Positions 1-12,780 of a stretch of 64,000 nucleotides of DNA are shown here, in pieces. This DNA comes from Trichinella spiralis (Eukaryota): the NCBI RefSeq assembly GCF_000181795.1, contig NW_003526945.1, forward strand, positions 760,529 through 824,528, read 5' to 3'. A program made the translations under genes and the position numbers. Under the pieces are notes generated by a model. That model was not told where the DNA came from, searched no databases, and worked only from the letters and a program-made list of their open reading frames with translations. Each line of letters opens with the position of its first letter. Within the stretch, counting starts at the first letter, position 1.

Positions 1-13
1 TTCCAACAAATAC

Positions 14-80
14 CATGCATGAGCCCAATAATTTGACATAAATTGTGATATTATTTAATTTCATAGCATTTCTAATGAAT
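14..80. repeat. Degenerate direct repeat, copy 1 (partner ~889-955)
   Basis: CCCAATAATTTGACAT is identical at 24-39 and 898-913, with further gapped similarity either side (ttatttaatttcatagcatttctaat vs ttatttcatttccaagcatttttaat). Confidence 0.6.
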
Positions 81-888
81 GTCAACTCTGGGCGACTACA
101 CATTATACTAATTATGCAAATCGCTATTGTATCGTTGCAAGTTAGCGAAAGTAAATTCAAATAGTCGCACTTGTGGGATATATCAAAAGCTTAATCAATG
201 ACAAAGATGGTAAAAGGGATTGGATGTAATGAAATGTTTACTTTTTAGCAAAGTAAACACTTACAACGCTTTCGTTTTGATTCGCTGCAATTAATGATTA
301 TTTAAAAGGAGTAATTTCAGAAGTTTAATTCCATTGATCGTACAAAAATATACAATAGTGCAAATCTAATAGCTGTAAAGTCTAAAATGTTTGATGTGCA
401 GAAATTGGCAGTTTATCGCGCCTTTGGAAGACAGTTAGTGATTGTGGATCAACTTTAGAACTATTTTATTCTGAAACTACTCGGTAGTGTAAGGACAAAC
501 TGTCCAAAACACTAACTTTCATCAATAAATAATTATAAAATCAAGAAAAAAATCCAAATATTGAAAACATCTTTACCGCCGAATTTTGCAAAAACAACGA
601 ATTCTATAGACCATGAAATTTTGCAATTTTCGAGATAACTTTTTTTCTCTAAAAGTTAAGGCAATTTATTTATAACGGCAGAGAATTATTCGTTAAATAT
701 TGTAAACTTATCTGGAACGCTCCTGCTTGCGTATTTGTTATGTGAAAAAAAATGTAACCGAATTAGTATTTTAACGGAGTCGAGTCAAATGCAGATTGAT
801 TTGGCTTTTACTTTTCATTCCTTTTTTGCTTGCAATAAGTTTTTCTGTTATTACTGTTGGATAGCTGTAATGATTTTTGAAAAATTCC

Positions 889-955
889 GTGTATGAACCC
901 AATAATTTGACATTACTGGGAATTTATTTCATTTCCAAGCATTTTTAATTGATTT
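889..955. repeat. Degenerate direct repeat, copy 2
   Basis: See copy 1; offset 874 nt. Confidence 0.6.
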
Positions 956-1050
956 TTACCATCCGCTCCTGCTTTTAGTGATCATTTGGCAACTCAATTC
1001 CATCAGTACTCGTAAAATGACTGCAATTGATTTGACTCGATAGTAAATGA

Positions 1051-1590
1051 TTATGGAATTTGTGTAAACGTATCCTCGCCGTTCGTGGTTGCATACTTGT
1101 CGAGATTTTCCGTAAAAGGTGGGAAACATTCATATGTATTGTGATAGCTGAACGAAGGGAAAAGTTCGCGGAAAATCGGATTAGGTGAGCGTGAAGAAGG
1201 TAAGCGTTGTAAGAGGCGTAAGAATTTCGACGGTTGGCGATCGCCGAGTTGTTCACTGTACAATGTTTGGTCGATACGATGGACTGCGCTCTTTTTAAAT
1301 CGCTTGATGCAGGAGCGCTTATTGCTGCTGAGCCATTGAAATCGAAGTTTCGGAACTGTAAAAGAACATCAACCGTTATTCCACTTAACATCAATTGTAG
1401 TTTCGTAGCTTGCTCGGGAATGTTTTCCATGCGAAGAAGATATCAAATCGCAAAGAGCACAATTCGGCATCAGCCGCATAGAAAGTGGGAACACTTAGCG
1501 AAGTGGAGATTTTCGACGGGGCCGAGGGCTAATGGTTGTATGATTTGGGCACCAGATGCGAAATTGATGGCTCAATATCGTTGAGGTTAC
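1051..1590 (-). mobile_element. Decayed Ty3/Gypsy-type LTR retrotransposon gag relic (DUF7041-like)
   Basis: Minus-strand segments in shifted frames read SVPTFYAADAELCSLRFDIFF (cf. LPPFWxxDPELWFxQxExxF), then MENIPEQATKLQLML, then EQLGDRQPSKFLRLLQRL...IFRELF (cf. LGDRKPSQLLRxM...LF). Frameshifts and an upstream in-frame stop indicate decay. A possible degenerate primer-binding site GTAACCTCAACG (cf. GTGACCCCGACG) lies at 1590-1579. Confidence 0.65.
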
Positions 1591-4101
1591 GTTATGTAAA
1601 TATTTTGTTTTTATTACTTTTTCACCTCAACGTACAGTAGTAAGTGATTTGCAAGATGAAATTGTTACTGTATGTTACGAAATATTTTAAGATTGTGTTA
1701 CCGCTTTGAAATTGCTTGAATTCAAACTTGAGTTCCGTATCTTTCTGTGTGCATAGTTATTCATGTTGATGTTTACGTGGCCGATCCGTTGCGTATAATA
1801 TGAATTCATAGTTGAAGTTAATGTGCGTGCCTTAGGAGCATCGCTCACGTCCCGTTCGTTGAACTACCGAACCTCGCGATTGCAAGTTGACTACTACTTT
1901 GTAAAAATTCTTTGACGTGCTTTTCCGAAAATGAAAATTAGTACTTCTGGCCCAGATGTGTATTTGGACATTATTGAATTTAATTAATTAATAATCAACT
2001 GGACTGATCTTGGAATTTGATAAAAAACTTCGTTAAAAACAGGCCGTTATTTTTAAAAATGAAATTTTACAAATTATCGAAACAGTATTATTCGATAATG
2101 TCAATCAGTTGAAGACTAATTCTTTATTCTGCACGACATGTTTAATAAATAAATCTCTGAAATGAACGGGAAAATGTCAAAATGAATGTGCCATGCGCTC
2201 GATGTTCTTCGCTTGCGCACAATAGTGTAGCGATTATGGTCCACAAGTGCGGGAATTATTCTCCAAAGATGAAAATGGTGTTGAACATCGGTAATTGGTT
2301 GGCATGTGATTGGTGAAATTGAAGAGCACATTCTGTACGCTGCACAGGCCATGGTTATTCACGTTAATCAAGCGAACAAGACATCATTTAGTGATAAATA
2401 AGACGAGCTCGCCAGGAAAATTAATACAAGTACTTGTGAAACTTGGCGTTGAAATTTGTAGCCTTGCTGCGTTGAACTGCAAGCACAAATTCGCCATTAT
2501 TTCGTAAAAATTATTTTCCATGCTTTGCAGAAAATAAACCCCATTATATGCCAAGCTTAAAAATGAAATTTCACAAGCAGGCAAAACAGCATTATTTAAT
2601 AAAGTCAATCAAATCATGAAAAATTAATGATTTATTCTCCGTAATATTTTTTAACCAGTTACGAATTGACGCAAAAAAAAGCTACTTACCGTAATAGATA
2701 CGGTGCGGAACGTTGTGGTTGATGCTTGGTTTGTAGTTATGATTGTTTTTTTCTCAAAAAATGTAAAAAACGGTCATCAGCTAAACCCTTTTCGACTTGG
2801 CAGTCGTATATTGATTGCAAATTTAATACGATCAAAAAGCAGTGAACGGTTTTTCAGTGAATTCGTGATGCTTGTTGGGGCTGTTTCGCACTTTGTCGTC
2901 GTTATGGGATTTGTTGAATTTGTTGTATAGTTTCGCTAGCATTTCAACGTGCAAGTTGGTGAGCGTAAATTTTGGATATTTTTCTGATAAATTCAAATTT
3001 CACTCAATACTGTTCGTTGATAGAGGTGTGGGGAAAAATTGAGAAATGATTTATCATTATTATTGTTCGCGGGCGACAATTGATGCTGTTGAACTCGTTC
3101 AGAGTGATAAATTTGCTCGATAAATGTTCGTTTGTTCATTGTTTAAGCAAATATTAGCTCATTTCAATGAATGAATAGTATTGCGCTTTGCGAGTTTCGA
3201 TTTCACAAACGGAATTAATAATTGCCTGTAAACAATCATGAAATAATAATAAGCGAAAGAAAAACTGGACTATGAAAATCAAGTACGACGACTTAAAGCA
3301 AGGCACGCCCATTTTTGTAGGCTTTTCCCCCCAATACAGAAGAATTGATTTCACCTTGACGTGCAACGTTGAAGGGTAAAATTTCAAAAAAAAATATATA
3401 TATAATACTAACCAGTTTTTCTTGATTTTCACAAATCGAATCAGCTAATTTAGCAATTGTTGATTGGCTTTTTGAACGATGAAAACAAAATCAAGCACAT
3501 TGAATTGCCATTTAATTAAACTAGTTGGAGTTTTCTGTTTATTTATTTATTTATCTGTTCTTCAACTGCAAATTCCAACTAAATTTCAATGATCATTAAT
3601 TATAACGAGAAAATGAAGGACAAATTTTTTGACACCAATATTACAAGCTCTGTTTAAATTGAAAAAAAAAATAAACACAAATCACAAATTGGCGTTCAAT
3701 CGTTATTGAAAAGAAGAGAAAAAAATATATATATATATGTATATTTATATGTATACTACATACATACATAATGAAAGCAAGTCATGCTATATTGTAATAA
3801 TCGGAATCATAAAGAAAAAAAAATAACCACGTTTGGATGAATAAAATCATTTCTTCAGATTCAAGCTGCAGACGATAAGATAATACTATTGACAATTATG
3901 TTTTTAGTGTTGCTTAAGAAGAAAGCATTGCATTGACGACACGACTAGTACACACAATTTGTACTTTTTCTTAGCAAGCTAGAGAGTGTGAATTGAAATT
4001 AACAAAATCTGGAACAACCACGAACAAATGGAATTAATTATATGATAGATTTTTCTTTTTCGTGTAAAGAAATTACAAATCCAAATTATCGGGTTCACAA
4101 A

Positions 4102-5678
4102 TTACAACTTATCCAAGCCGAGTTGCTTGATTTCGGACAAAACGTCGTCAGGAATTGTGTGCGTTTTGGTCGGTGTTTGCAAATATTCTTTCAAACGATG
4201 CGGCCAATTCAACTGTTCCTGGAACAAAAAAACACCAATTTGAAGGGTATATTTGAAATATCAGTAGCATTTGTGCAAAAGACAGACAAACAAAGAAACA
4301 AAAAAAGTACTCTGTAATGATAACAAATGTCCTGATCTGCTGGACATGATTCAATGAAAGCGGCCGTTCTGTAAGCGGTCAGCATGTAATTCCACAGATG
4401 GGTCAAAGCGTGCGGTATTTCCACTCCGCAAAGATGTTCGCCAGCAATTCGAATATGATGCAAGCGGGGCATCAACTCGCAATCGTACATTGTCATCGAA
4501 GATCCAACCAAATATCTTGTATTTCGTTGTGCCAAAAGCTGAAACAAATAAAATAATTAATCATCAACAATAACGACAAAAAAACACATTGAATTGAATT
4601 ATTCCGACAAAAATTGATCAGTCACTTTGTCAATGTTTGTTAGCTGCTCGATTAGTTTATTGTAAGCCGGTTGTGCACAAGCCGGAATATCGTTGCTGAC
4701 AACCTCTTTTCCGCGTTCGTAATCGGTTTTCGATCTCAGAAACAGCTTAAAGTTCTGAAATATAAGACACGTGCCGTGACAGGTAACAACAACAAAGCAG
4801 GTCAAAGTGCACTGGCTATAAACATAACGCTGACAGCTATTATTACCAAAATCGAGACCTATTTCGGTTGAACAACAGGCGACAACAAACAGCCAGCAAG
4901 TCGTCACTTGTTGCGCCACTACTTATTATTATTACAAATGATCACGCTCACAACAACAACACAATAAATATAAACGTCAAGATAACAACAATTTATGATA
5001 GACAAAAAATTGAATTTGAACACAAGTTGAAAATTATGACGAGAAAAAATAACCAAAAATATACATATATTTTTCGGTGGAAAATAAGAACAGCTTCAAA
5101 GTCTGCTTACTCGGTACAAACTTTCGATACTTTTGTCGACGGTAACGTCCTTTTCAAACAAAGGCACCTTGAACTCCTTGGCAATGTGAAAAATGCGACG
5201 CTCGATTTCACGATTGTCCGTAAACATCGAGCCACTGCACATAAACAACAACAAAACATCAATAATTGACAATTAATTTGAATAAATGTTTAAATTGTAA
5301 AAATCACTTTTCAGCTTCGAACAAAATTGGTGGCAACGCGCCAAGGAAACTGCGCTTGAACGGTTCACTGTTCACGTTGACCGTTTTCACTTCAACGCGT
5401 ACGAGGTTGATCTCGTAAAGGGCGTACAATTCCATCCAAAATTCCTGACAAAACAAGCAGGCGCCAATTCGACGATGATCAATACCAGAAGCCTAAATGG
5501 AAAATAAAAAATAAATAAAAATAAAAAAATAATAATAAAATGGCGGACAATTGCAAGAGTTGGTTCGTACCATGACGAAAAGCTCCAAAAACGGCTTGGA
5601 ACCGACACCAACGGCGTCGATACAACCATCGTTGCGGCTAGCGCACATTCCGTCCGATTCATTCACGCTGTCCGACAT
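4102..5678 (-). CDS. exc-4: Chloride intracellular channel (CLIC), EXC-4-like
   Basis: Six phase-compatible exons: 5678-5571, 5492-5308, 5234-5111, 4754-4626, 4538-4311, 4218-4102. The product contains KPFLELFVMASGIDHRRIGACLFCQEFWMELYALYE, FTDNREIERRIFHIAKEFKVPLFEKD, NFKLFLRSK, YDCELMPRLHHIRI, TAYRTAAFIESCPADQDI and LQTPTKTHTIP, closely matching C. elegans EXC-4 as I recall it. Confidence 0.95.
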
Positions 5679-7411
5679 GACGACAGCAACAAGCGAACAA
5701 GCACTGCCAAACTGTGCGGCCGGTAAATGCCAAGCTGGAAAATTTGATGCAATACAGTAAGGTAAACAAGCGCGCAAGTTCACAAAAGTACAGAAAAAAC
5801 AAACAACATGCACTGTTTGTCGGCGGTTGGTTTTCAATCGCGCAGCGATGAGTCACACTTGGACGGGAAAATGAATCGATTAATAATGAAATTGAATCGG
5901 CCAGATGCTTTGCAACGAACGCAATTCAAAATGGCCATCATCACATTTTCGTCTCAACATTGAACAACCCATTTGTACTTACAAGGAAGAAAGAAATACC
6001 ACCTTTTCACCTTTTCTCTTTCCTAATGCCTAATCCAATCGAATTGTACTGTCAAATTGGACAAATGCAAGCAGTAAAACAAAACTAAACGTGAAAAACC
6101 GTTTGAAATCACCACTTTGCTCAAATTGTCCTGTCTAGCGGTCAAAGAAAGAATGCCGAAGCAATATGAATCGAATACAGTTTAATACAAATTGTTTAAA
6201 AAAATACATATACATTTGGAAAAAAAATACACTTGCTAAATTGTGAACGTCAGTCGTTTTGGTTTGAGCTGAGAAAAAAATAATACAAAAGCACACAACA
6301 TCGGCCAACACCAGCTTTCAGAGCACGTGGTTTAATTTAGGTCAGATTTAAAATTACAGCATGAAATGAAATCAGGTTATATGCAATAGTTGACCTTATT
6401 TGTTTCAACTGCTTTTTTAATTTATAAAAATTAATATAAAAAATTTTCATTTTAAAATAATAACAAATTTTTTTAATTTAAATTTATTTCCTACACTAAA
6501 CATTACTTGCATTACAGTTGAAGTAAGCTGAATGAAAGAAACACATCCGCTTTGTTCTCAGTTGTTGCAAATGTGCTGTTTTCACTGTGCTTTTGAGAAT
6601 AAAAAAATAAAAGAATTGCTTCGTACAAAGCATTAAAAATCAAACAATCAACCGACGAGCGTTTCAATGATTTATTTGTTGACCAACTTCAGTCGGATTC
6701 AGAGCGAAAATGGTCTTTTTTTACTTCAATTTTTTTCTGTTGTAAAAGAAAAATAAAATATCTCAAAATCTCACTGCAATTAACATAAGCAAAAGCTGAA
6801 GTTGCACAATAAAACACATAAATAAAAAAATGTCCATTGTATTTTTGAAAACAGTGCAAAAATGAAAGATTTTAAAGTTATAAAATTGTTTTTTCAATAA
6901 AAAGCCGTGTTGAATGAAACTGTACGTTTAGCGCAAGTTGTCAATAAAATGTTCGTCATTTTCAATGGAATGCTCTGAAAGAAATGTTACAATTAATGTG
7001 AAATTTCAATTATGCAGTGTGAATCATTTACAAAAACAACTTCAAGCAGTTTTTATTTTGCATTACTAAATAATACATTTCATGAACAGCTCGTGTAAAT
7101 TTCAAGAGAGTTCTTTTTTTCGTTTGTGACTTGTAAAATAGAATTGTAATAAATTTTGATGAATAGAATAAATGTAAATATCATTTTCAAGTGGACAAAG
7201 ATTTTCTCGTGATGTATGAAAGCGTCGTAATAAAGAATAAATTTGAAAGGCCTATTTGTTGCAACTACGTCAACGGGTCTGTCTGTGAACAGTACAATCC
7301 ATCCAGTACATTGATTTGAAAACTAAAGATAATTAAGTCTTATTGTGAAAGCTGTATGATCTGTTCGTTGTTTGCCCATGAACAACAACCAACAAAAAGT
7401 CCAGTGTTTAT

Positions 7412-7456
<45 letters not shown>
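7412..7456. repeat. Compound (CA)n(TA)n microsatellite
   Basis: Directly visible. Confidence 0.9.
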
Positions 7457-7459
<3 letters not shown>

Positions 7460-10397
7460 ATGTACTTTTGTTGTAAAAAAAGAATACTTCAAAAGTGACG
7501 TAAAATTATACAGTATTTTTTTGCTGTATTTTGAAAAATTCTTCTCTCTCACATGTATACTCTCACATGACGTTTCGCCTTTACGGTTTTAGTTTTTCGT
7601 CGAATTATTCATCAAAGAAAAGATATTAAATTAGTGTTGCTTTCATCAAAATTCAATAAAAAAGAAAAAAAATACGTATAACAAGAACAAATTATTCAAT
7701 ATTATTACAGTTCGATTTGAAATGTCAAGTCAAGCGTATTAATGAAATAGATGCAAATAAAATTGCTTTCATTTTTAGCCTCATTTATAAAAGCGCAAAC
7801 TCGTTTTGTTAAATATTGAAATACAAAAATTGATTACACTAACTGAAGAAGTACTTTACTTTTTTGTAAATATATTTTTCGCATTATTAATTGAAATGTA
7901 AATTTTTTGAATAGAAAAACATCTACAGTGCGCACATTTTCCCATGACGTAGAATGAGAGTGTAAAAATATCAGCTTGGTGTGAATAGGGTGAGAAAAAT
8001 GAAAAAGTTTTTGAATTTTTGAACAATGCTGTAAAAAAATAGATTCCTTTCGCATGAAACATATCATCAATTTAGCATAAGTTGATGTTACGAGCGAAGT
8101 TTCTGATTTGAAGTGAAATTGTCAACTAAACGCTGATTCTGGCAATTTATTCCACCAATATCAGCATGCCAGTTGGTGAGAAGAGCACACAGATTTGATG
8201 TTTGCAATCGATGAAGCTAGTAAACTTCAAGCTCTGCCATGCTGTTGCTGCTCTTGAATTCAACGAATCGTCCCGATGATTGTTGCTGAGCTGCGTTTCA
8301 TAATCCTAAAATTAATTAATCTGCGATAATCTCCGGAGATGCTTGGTTGCCAAGTAAGATTTGTAATCAAGGTTACCCTGATAATGATGACCCTCTGATG
8401 CACAACCATTATTCTCCACTAGGCAAATCAATTCTATTCAATCTGTCGCTCACTAATTAAACCGAACTAACCAATATTCGTTTCTTTCTATTTTTTTGTA
8501 ATTTTAAAATAATCTTCTGTTACTTTTTTATTATTTGCGCTGTAATTTTTTTTTCAATTTTCAATAAAAATGAAAAATTAATGCCCATCTGCATATGAAA
8601 AAGAAATAGCTGCTGGCTGATTGTCAAACTAAGCATTAAAAACAGCTTGTTGAATTTAATGAAATCATGAAACTATTATTTTTTCAGCAACCGAACATTT
8701 ATTATTTATTATTCACTTTTATTTAAATTTTTTTTCATTCTCATCAATGATGCGGTAACAAAACAGGCAAATATAATTAATTTCAATTTAAATTGTTGCC
8801 TGTGTTGTGGAAATTTTTTTGGAATAGAAGTAAAAAGCAAAAATATCATTTGATCGGAGAAATCAAAGGACATTTTTTATCATTTGAAAAGCAAAATTAA
8901 AATCCCTTTGCAAGAAAAAAGTCTTCTTTGTGCGAAGTGAAAACACACTTTGATGATGCCATTTTGTTCGTTCAATTCAAACATTGCGCTGTTACAACAG
9001 TTAAATAGTTCTGTAATTTTTACAGAACTTGATTTGCATTTTTTTCTGCATAAAATAAAATTATATAAATTACTTTGTAGACACACACACACACACGCAT
9101 TATTTTGATCAATACAACAATCTTTAATTGTAGTCAAAAATATAATAATTACTGTCATGAATAAAAATGAAAAATTACAATAAAAATAAAAACAAGGCAA
9201 CAAACAAGAGCAAGGCAAAAAAAACGGTACGAAATAAATTATTGGATCTTAATGTTATGAACAAAAAATGTATGCATATTTTTGAGCTGTAGATAGATAT
9301 TGGTTCAATGTAAATAAGGAAGCTATTGAAGACGATTGGAAAAATTATGAAATTTATTATGTACGCTTTGAGAGTAACTGAGCTATAAAATAAATGAAAT
9401 TACTTGTTCAATTATCTTAAGTTAAAGTGTTATAAATTGAATTTTTACATTAATAAACAAGTGTGAAATATCTGGTGGGAAAATCAACATTTAAAGCCTA
9501 CCTACCACCACTTGGCGTTATTAGTGTAATCGCAAATTAAATCCAAGTTGAACGTAATTTATTGCCGCTTTTGTAAATAATGCTAACACAGTTTTTACTC
9601 GCACAATTATTAGCACATTTATTTCATGAACATTATCATTATGAGCTGCATCACTTCAGTTAATTATTTTCATTTTCATTTGTCAGCTATTTTCGATTCC
9701 CTTTGAAACTTTTAAATTATTTCAAATGGAAAAATTATCCACAAATTGTACCGCTTACTTTATTACAAAAATATCACGAAAAAATTGCTTTTCTTTGATT
9801 TGTTTTTTCTTTTTTTTAATAAAGAGACATTAACCCTATGCTCAGAGTTTTTGACAATTTCAACTCATAGCGGTAACAAAAAAATTTAAATATTTTTTAC
9901 AATAGAATAAAACTTTACAACAACTTTCACGATCACTATTATTTGCATTTTATTCAACTTGCACACAATCCTATTATCTGCACTATTTCGTACACTACGC
10001 TTGAAACGGATTTATAGAACAACCGCCGATTTATTGTTCTATTGACCACAAATAAGACAAATCAAAAAAAAATAAGTAAAACAGCTAATTTAAAAAAAGT
10101 AAAAAATACAATACGGTGATTCAGTCAATATCCATCATAATTATTTATTCGATTATACTAATTTATTTTATATGAGCGTTTTTAATTTCAAATAATACGT
10201 CAAAATTCAGTATTATTGAATTGATATAGGTACAAAAAGAAAAAATTCAAAACATAAAAATATGGCTTTGATTGCATCAGTACATCCTTATAAAATATAT
10301 AAATAATAACATGACACGACATTCTGACATATGATATGCCCGTTTTATTTTCAATAATTTTATATGATAAAATTAATTTGCCTATTTTTTTATTCCT

Positions 10398-10401
<4 letters not shown>

Positions 10402-10430
<29 letters not shown>
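10402..10430. repeat. (AT)n microsatellite
   Basis: Directly visible. Confidence 0.9.
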
Positions 10431-10435
<5 letters not shown>

Positions 10436-12780
10436 ACACATGCATGGAACAACAACAGAGACAAATAGTAACGCTTTTTGAAAGAATGCTAAATTGCCTT
10501 GAATAAAAAACAATACTTTCAACAAAATGTAGTGATTATAGAATAGTTATAATTTTTTTCTTTATTAAAATAATGTAAGTTGTAAAAATTTCTTGTTCAT
10601 TTTGAAATTATTCTTCATGTTGGTCATTTTTCTTCCTCGTTTGCAAGTGAGGTTCAAATGACGTTTTTTGAAAAAGGCAACCAATGTCAGTTTATTATGT
10701 CGATTGTAATACAAGTATGCATGAAAAATTGAAAACAGAAAAAACACTACAGTATATAATTTAACTAAAAAGGAGATTTATTTTTTTCAGGCGTAAATGT
10801 TAACGATGAATTTTGCATTCATATGAATGATGATTTTAATTGCTGCTTATTTTTGAAAAAATCTCATTATGTCGGTTTTAGTTGAAAGTCTGTTTGAATC
10901 AAGCAATGGCGATTCAGTGTCAGTGGAGGAAGTATATTCAAAGTTTAATGAAAATTTCAACAGCTCAAATCTTAACTTCATTTTAAATTATTAAAAATGA
11001 AAAACAGCAAAAATCAGTGCCATTTTATAAAGATCATTTCAAAAGTAGTTTCATATCTTTCTTTGATGAGATTTACAACAGGAAATCAGCAAAAGTTCTT
11101 CCGTGTTTTAGTTTTTTAGCATGCATCAAGATGATGAGAAAGTAAATTAGATTAATAAATTATAGTTAAATGATGATAGCTAGAGCTAGAGTAGGCATGT
11201 ACGTATGGATGCATGCATTCATGGATGTATTATCGTTTTAACTGGCAATGTGGCTCAGCTGAAAGCTTGTCCGATGAAAGTATGCAGGTTATGATGTCAA
11301 TTTGCTTAATGCATTTTCAACTATACTTTTATGCACTTACTCTGATATACATAATACTTGTAAATTTCCATACATTCCGGGTAAAAGTAGTGGCAAAATG
11401 AATAAGTGCAAGTGGTCAACAACAGTTTGCAATTCAAAATATAAATGAAACAAAATCGAAAAAAGGAAAAGCATTATTAGCTCGTTAAAAGTATCGTAAC
11501 TTTGTGCTCACTTGTTGATGCTATTTGTTAGGTGAAATATTTCTTTTATAAAAACCAACGACCACTTACTAATGACAACACTACCAACAAACCGTTAGCA
11601 AACTTTACATTTCTTGGAAAGATCAATATTATTTGAATACTTCAACACCTTGTAGTACAAAATTAATAATAAATAAATGATAAGAAATAGCATCACAGGC
11701 AGTTTTCCATTTATTTTCATCAGAAGTTCAAATCATTGGGAGTAGTGCTTTGCTGTTCTATTCAAACATCCCGTGTAAAGCGAAAGTGTTCTAATTCTCA
11801 TATTTGCGTTTTTCTTTATTTTTAATTGCAATCTTATTTGTGAAATACATTCTCCTCTGAACAACATATGCACAGTGAAAGATGCGAAAAGCAAAACTCA
11901 GCATGAATTCCGTCGACTTGGTTCGATAAAATTCATTGCAACGTTCCAAACAGCTTGGTCCGCCAGTGATGTAAAATATATACATTTATTTATTTATTTA
12001 TTTATTTACTTATTTATTATACATTTGCATATATTCACATTATTTGTATAAAAAATTGTTCAAAATTAAATTTGCATGTTTATGAAAAGGCAGGGAAAAT
12101 TAAAAAATGAACAAAAAATATGATGAAAGCATGCAGAGCTCTATATAATGTTTCAGTGTTTAGTTCTGTTTTTTTTATTTTGTTTTTTTGTCGACAGTTT
12201 CTGATAGTCCATCAAGGAGAATTGCATATGTCTTCTGCAAAATAAATGATATTTAATCAGCCTTGTTCACGCTAAGCTGTTCACGTGACACCGCCTACTC
12301 GTTCAATTAACAACCTTTAAAGCATTAATACAGCAAACGTGGTCGTCAGCTCGACATCACTATCACCGTTGCTAACGCCAAACACTATATTGAAGAACGA
12401 GCGAACCTTTCCAATTGGAAGAGCAAAGCTGCTAGTGCTAGTAAAAAGCGTTCTGAGCAACAGGTGAACGGGCTGCTTGCTCTTTGCTTGGACTTTCGCT
12501 TGCCGCTGAATCCAAAGCTCAGATTCAACAGAATTTGTTATGGAGATTACAGTTTCCCAATGGCATCGTTACAGTTTCCCATTAGGATCGTTTTTCGGAA
12601 TTTCTTTCCGTCCTCTTTTGCCAATTGTTCGCCGTTGGCTATTGTCAATGGTGCTGTTTCTTTGAACGCTGCTGATCGCTTCGGCTTCATGCTGTCTGAA
12701 GTGAAAGTGAACAACAACGACGAATGGTGTTGTTGCATGTAGACGGCTCGTTCGCACTGGCTGGATGCTTGTTGCGCAAG

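Noticed and set aside
2116..2930. Short ORFs and a minus-strand donor-like site near 2689
   Set aside because: I could not build a phase-consistent gene model or recognise a domain.
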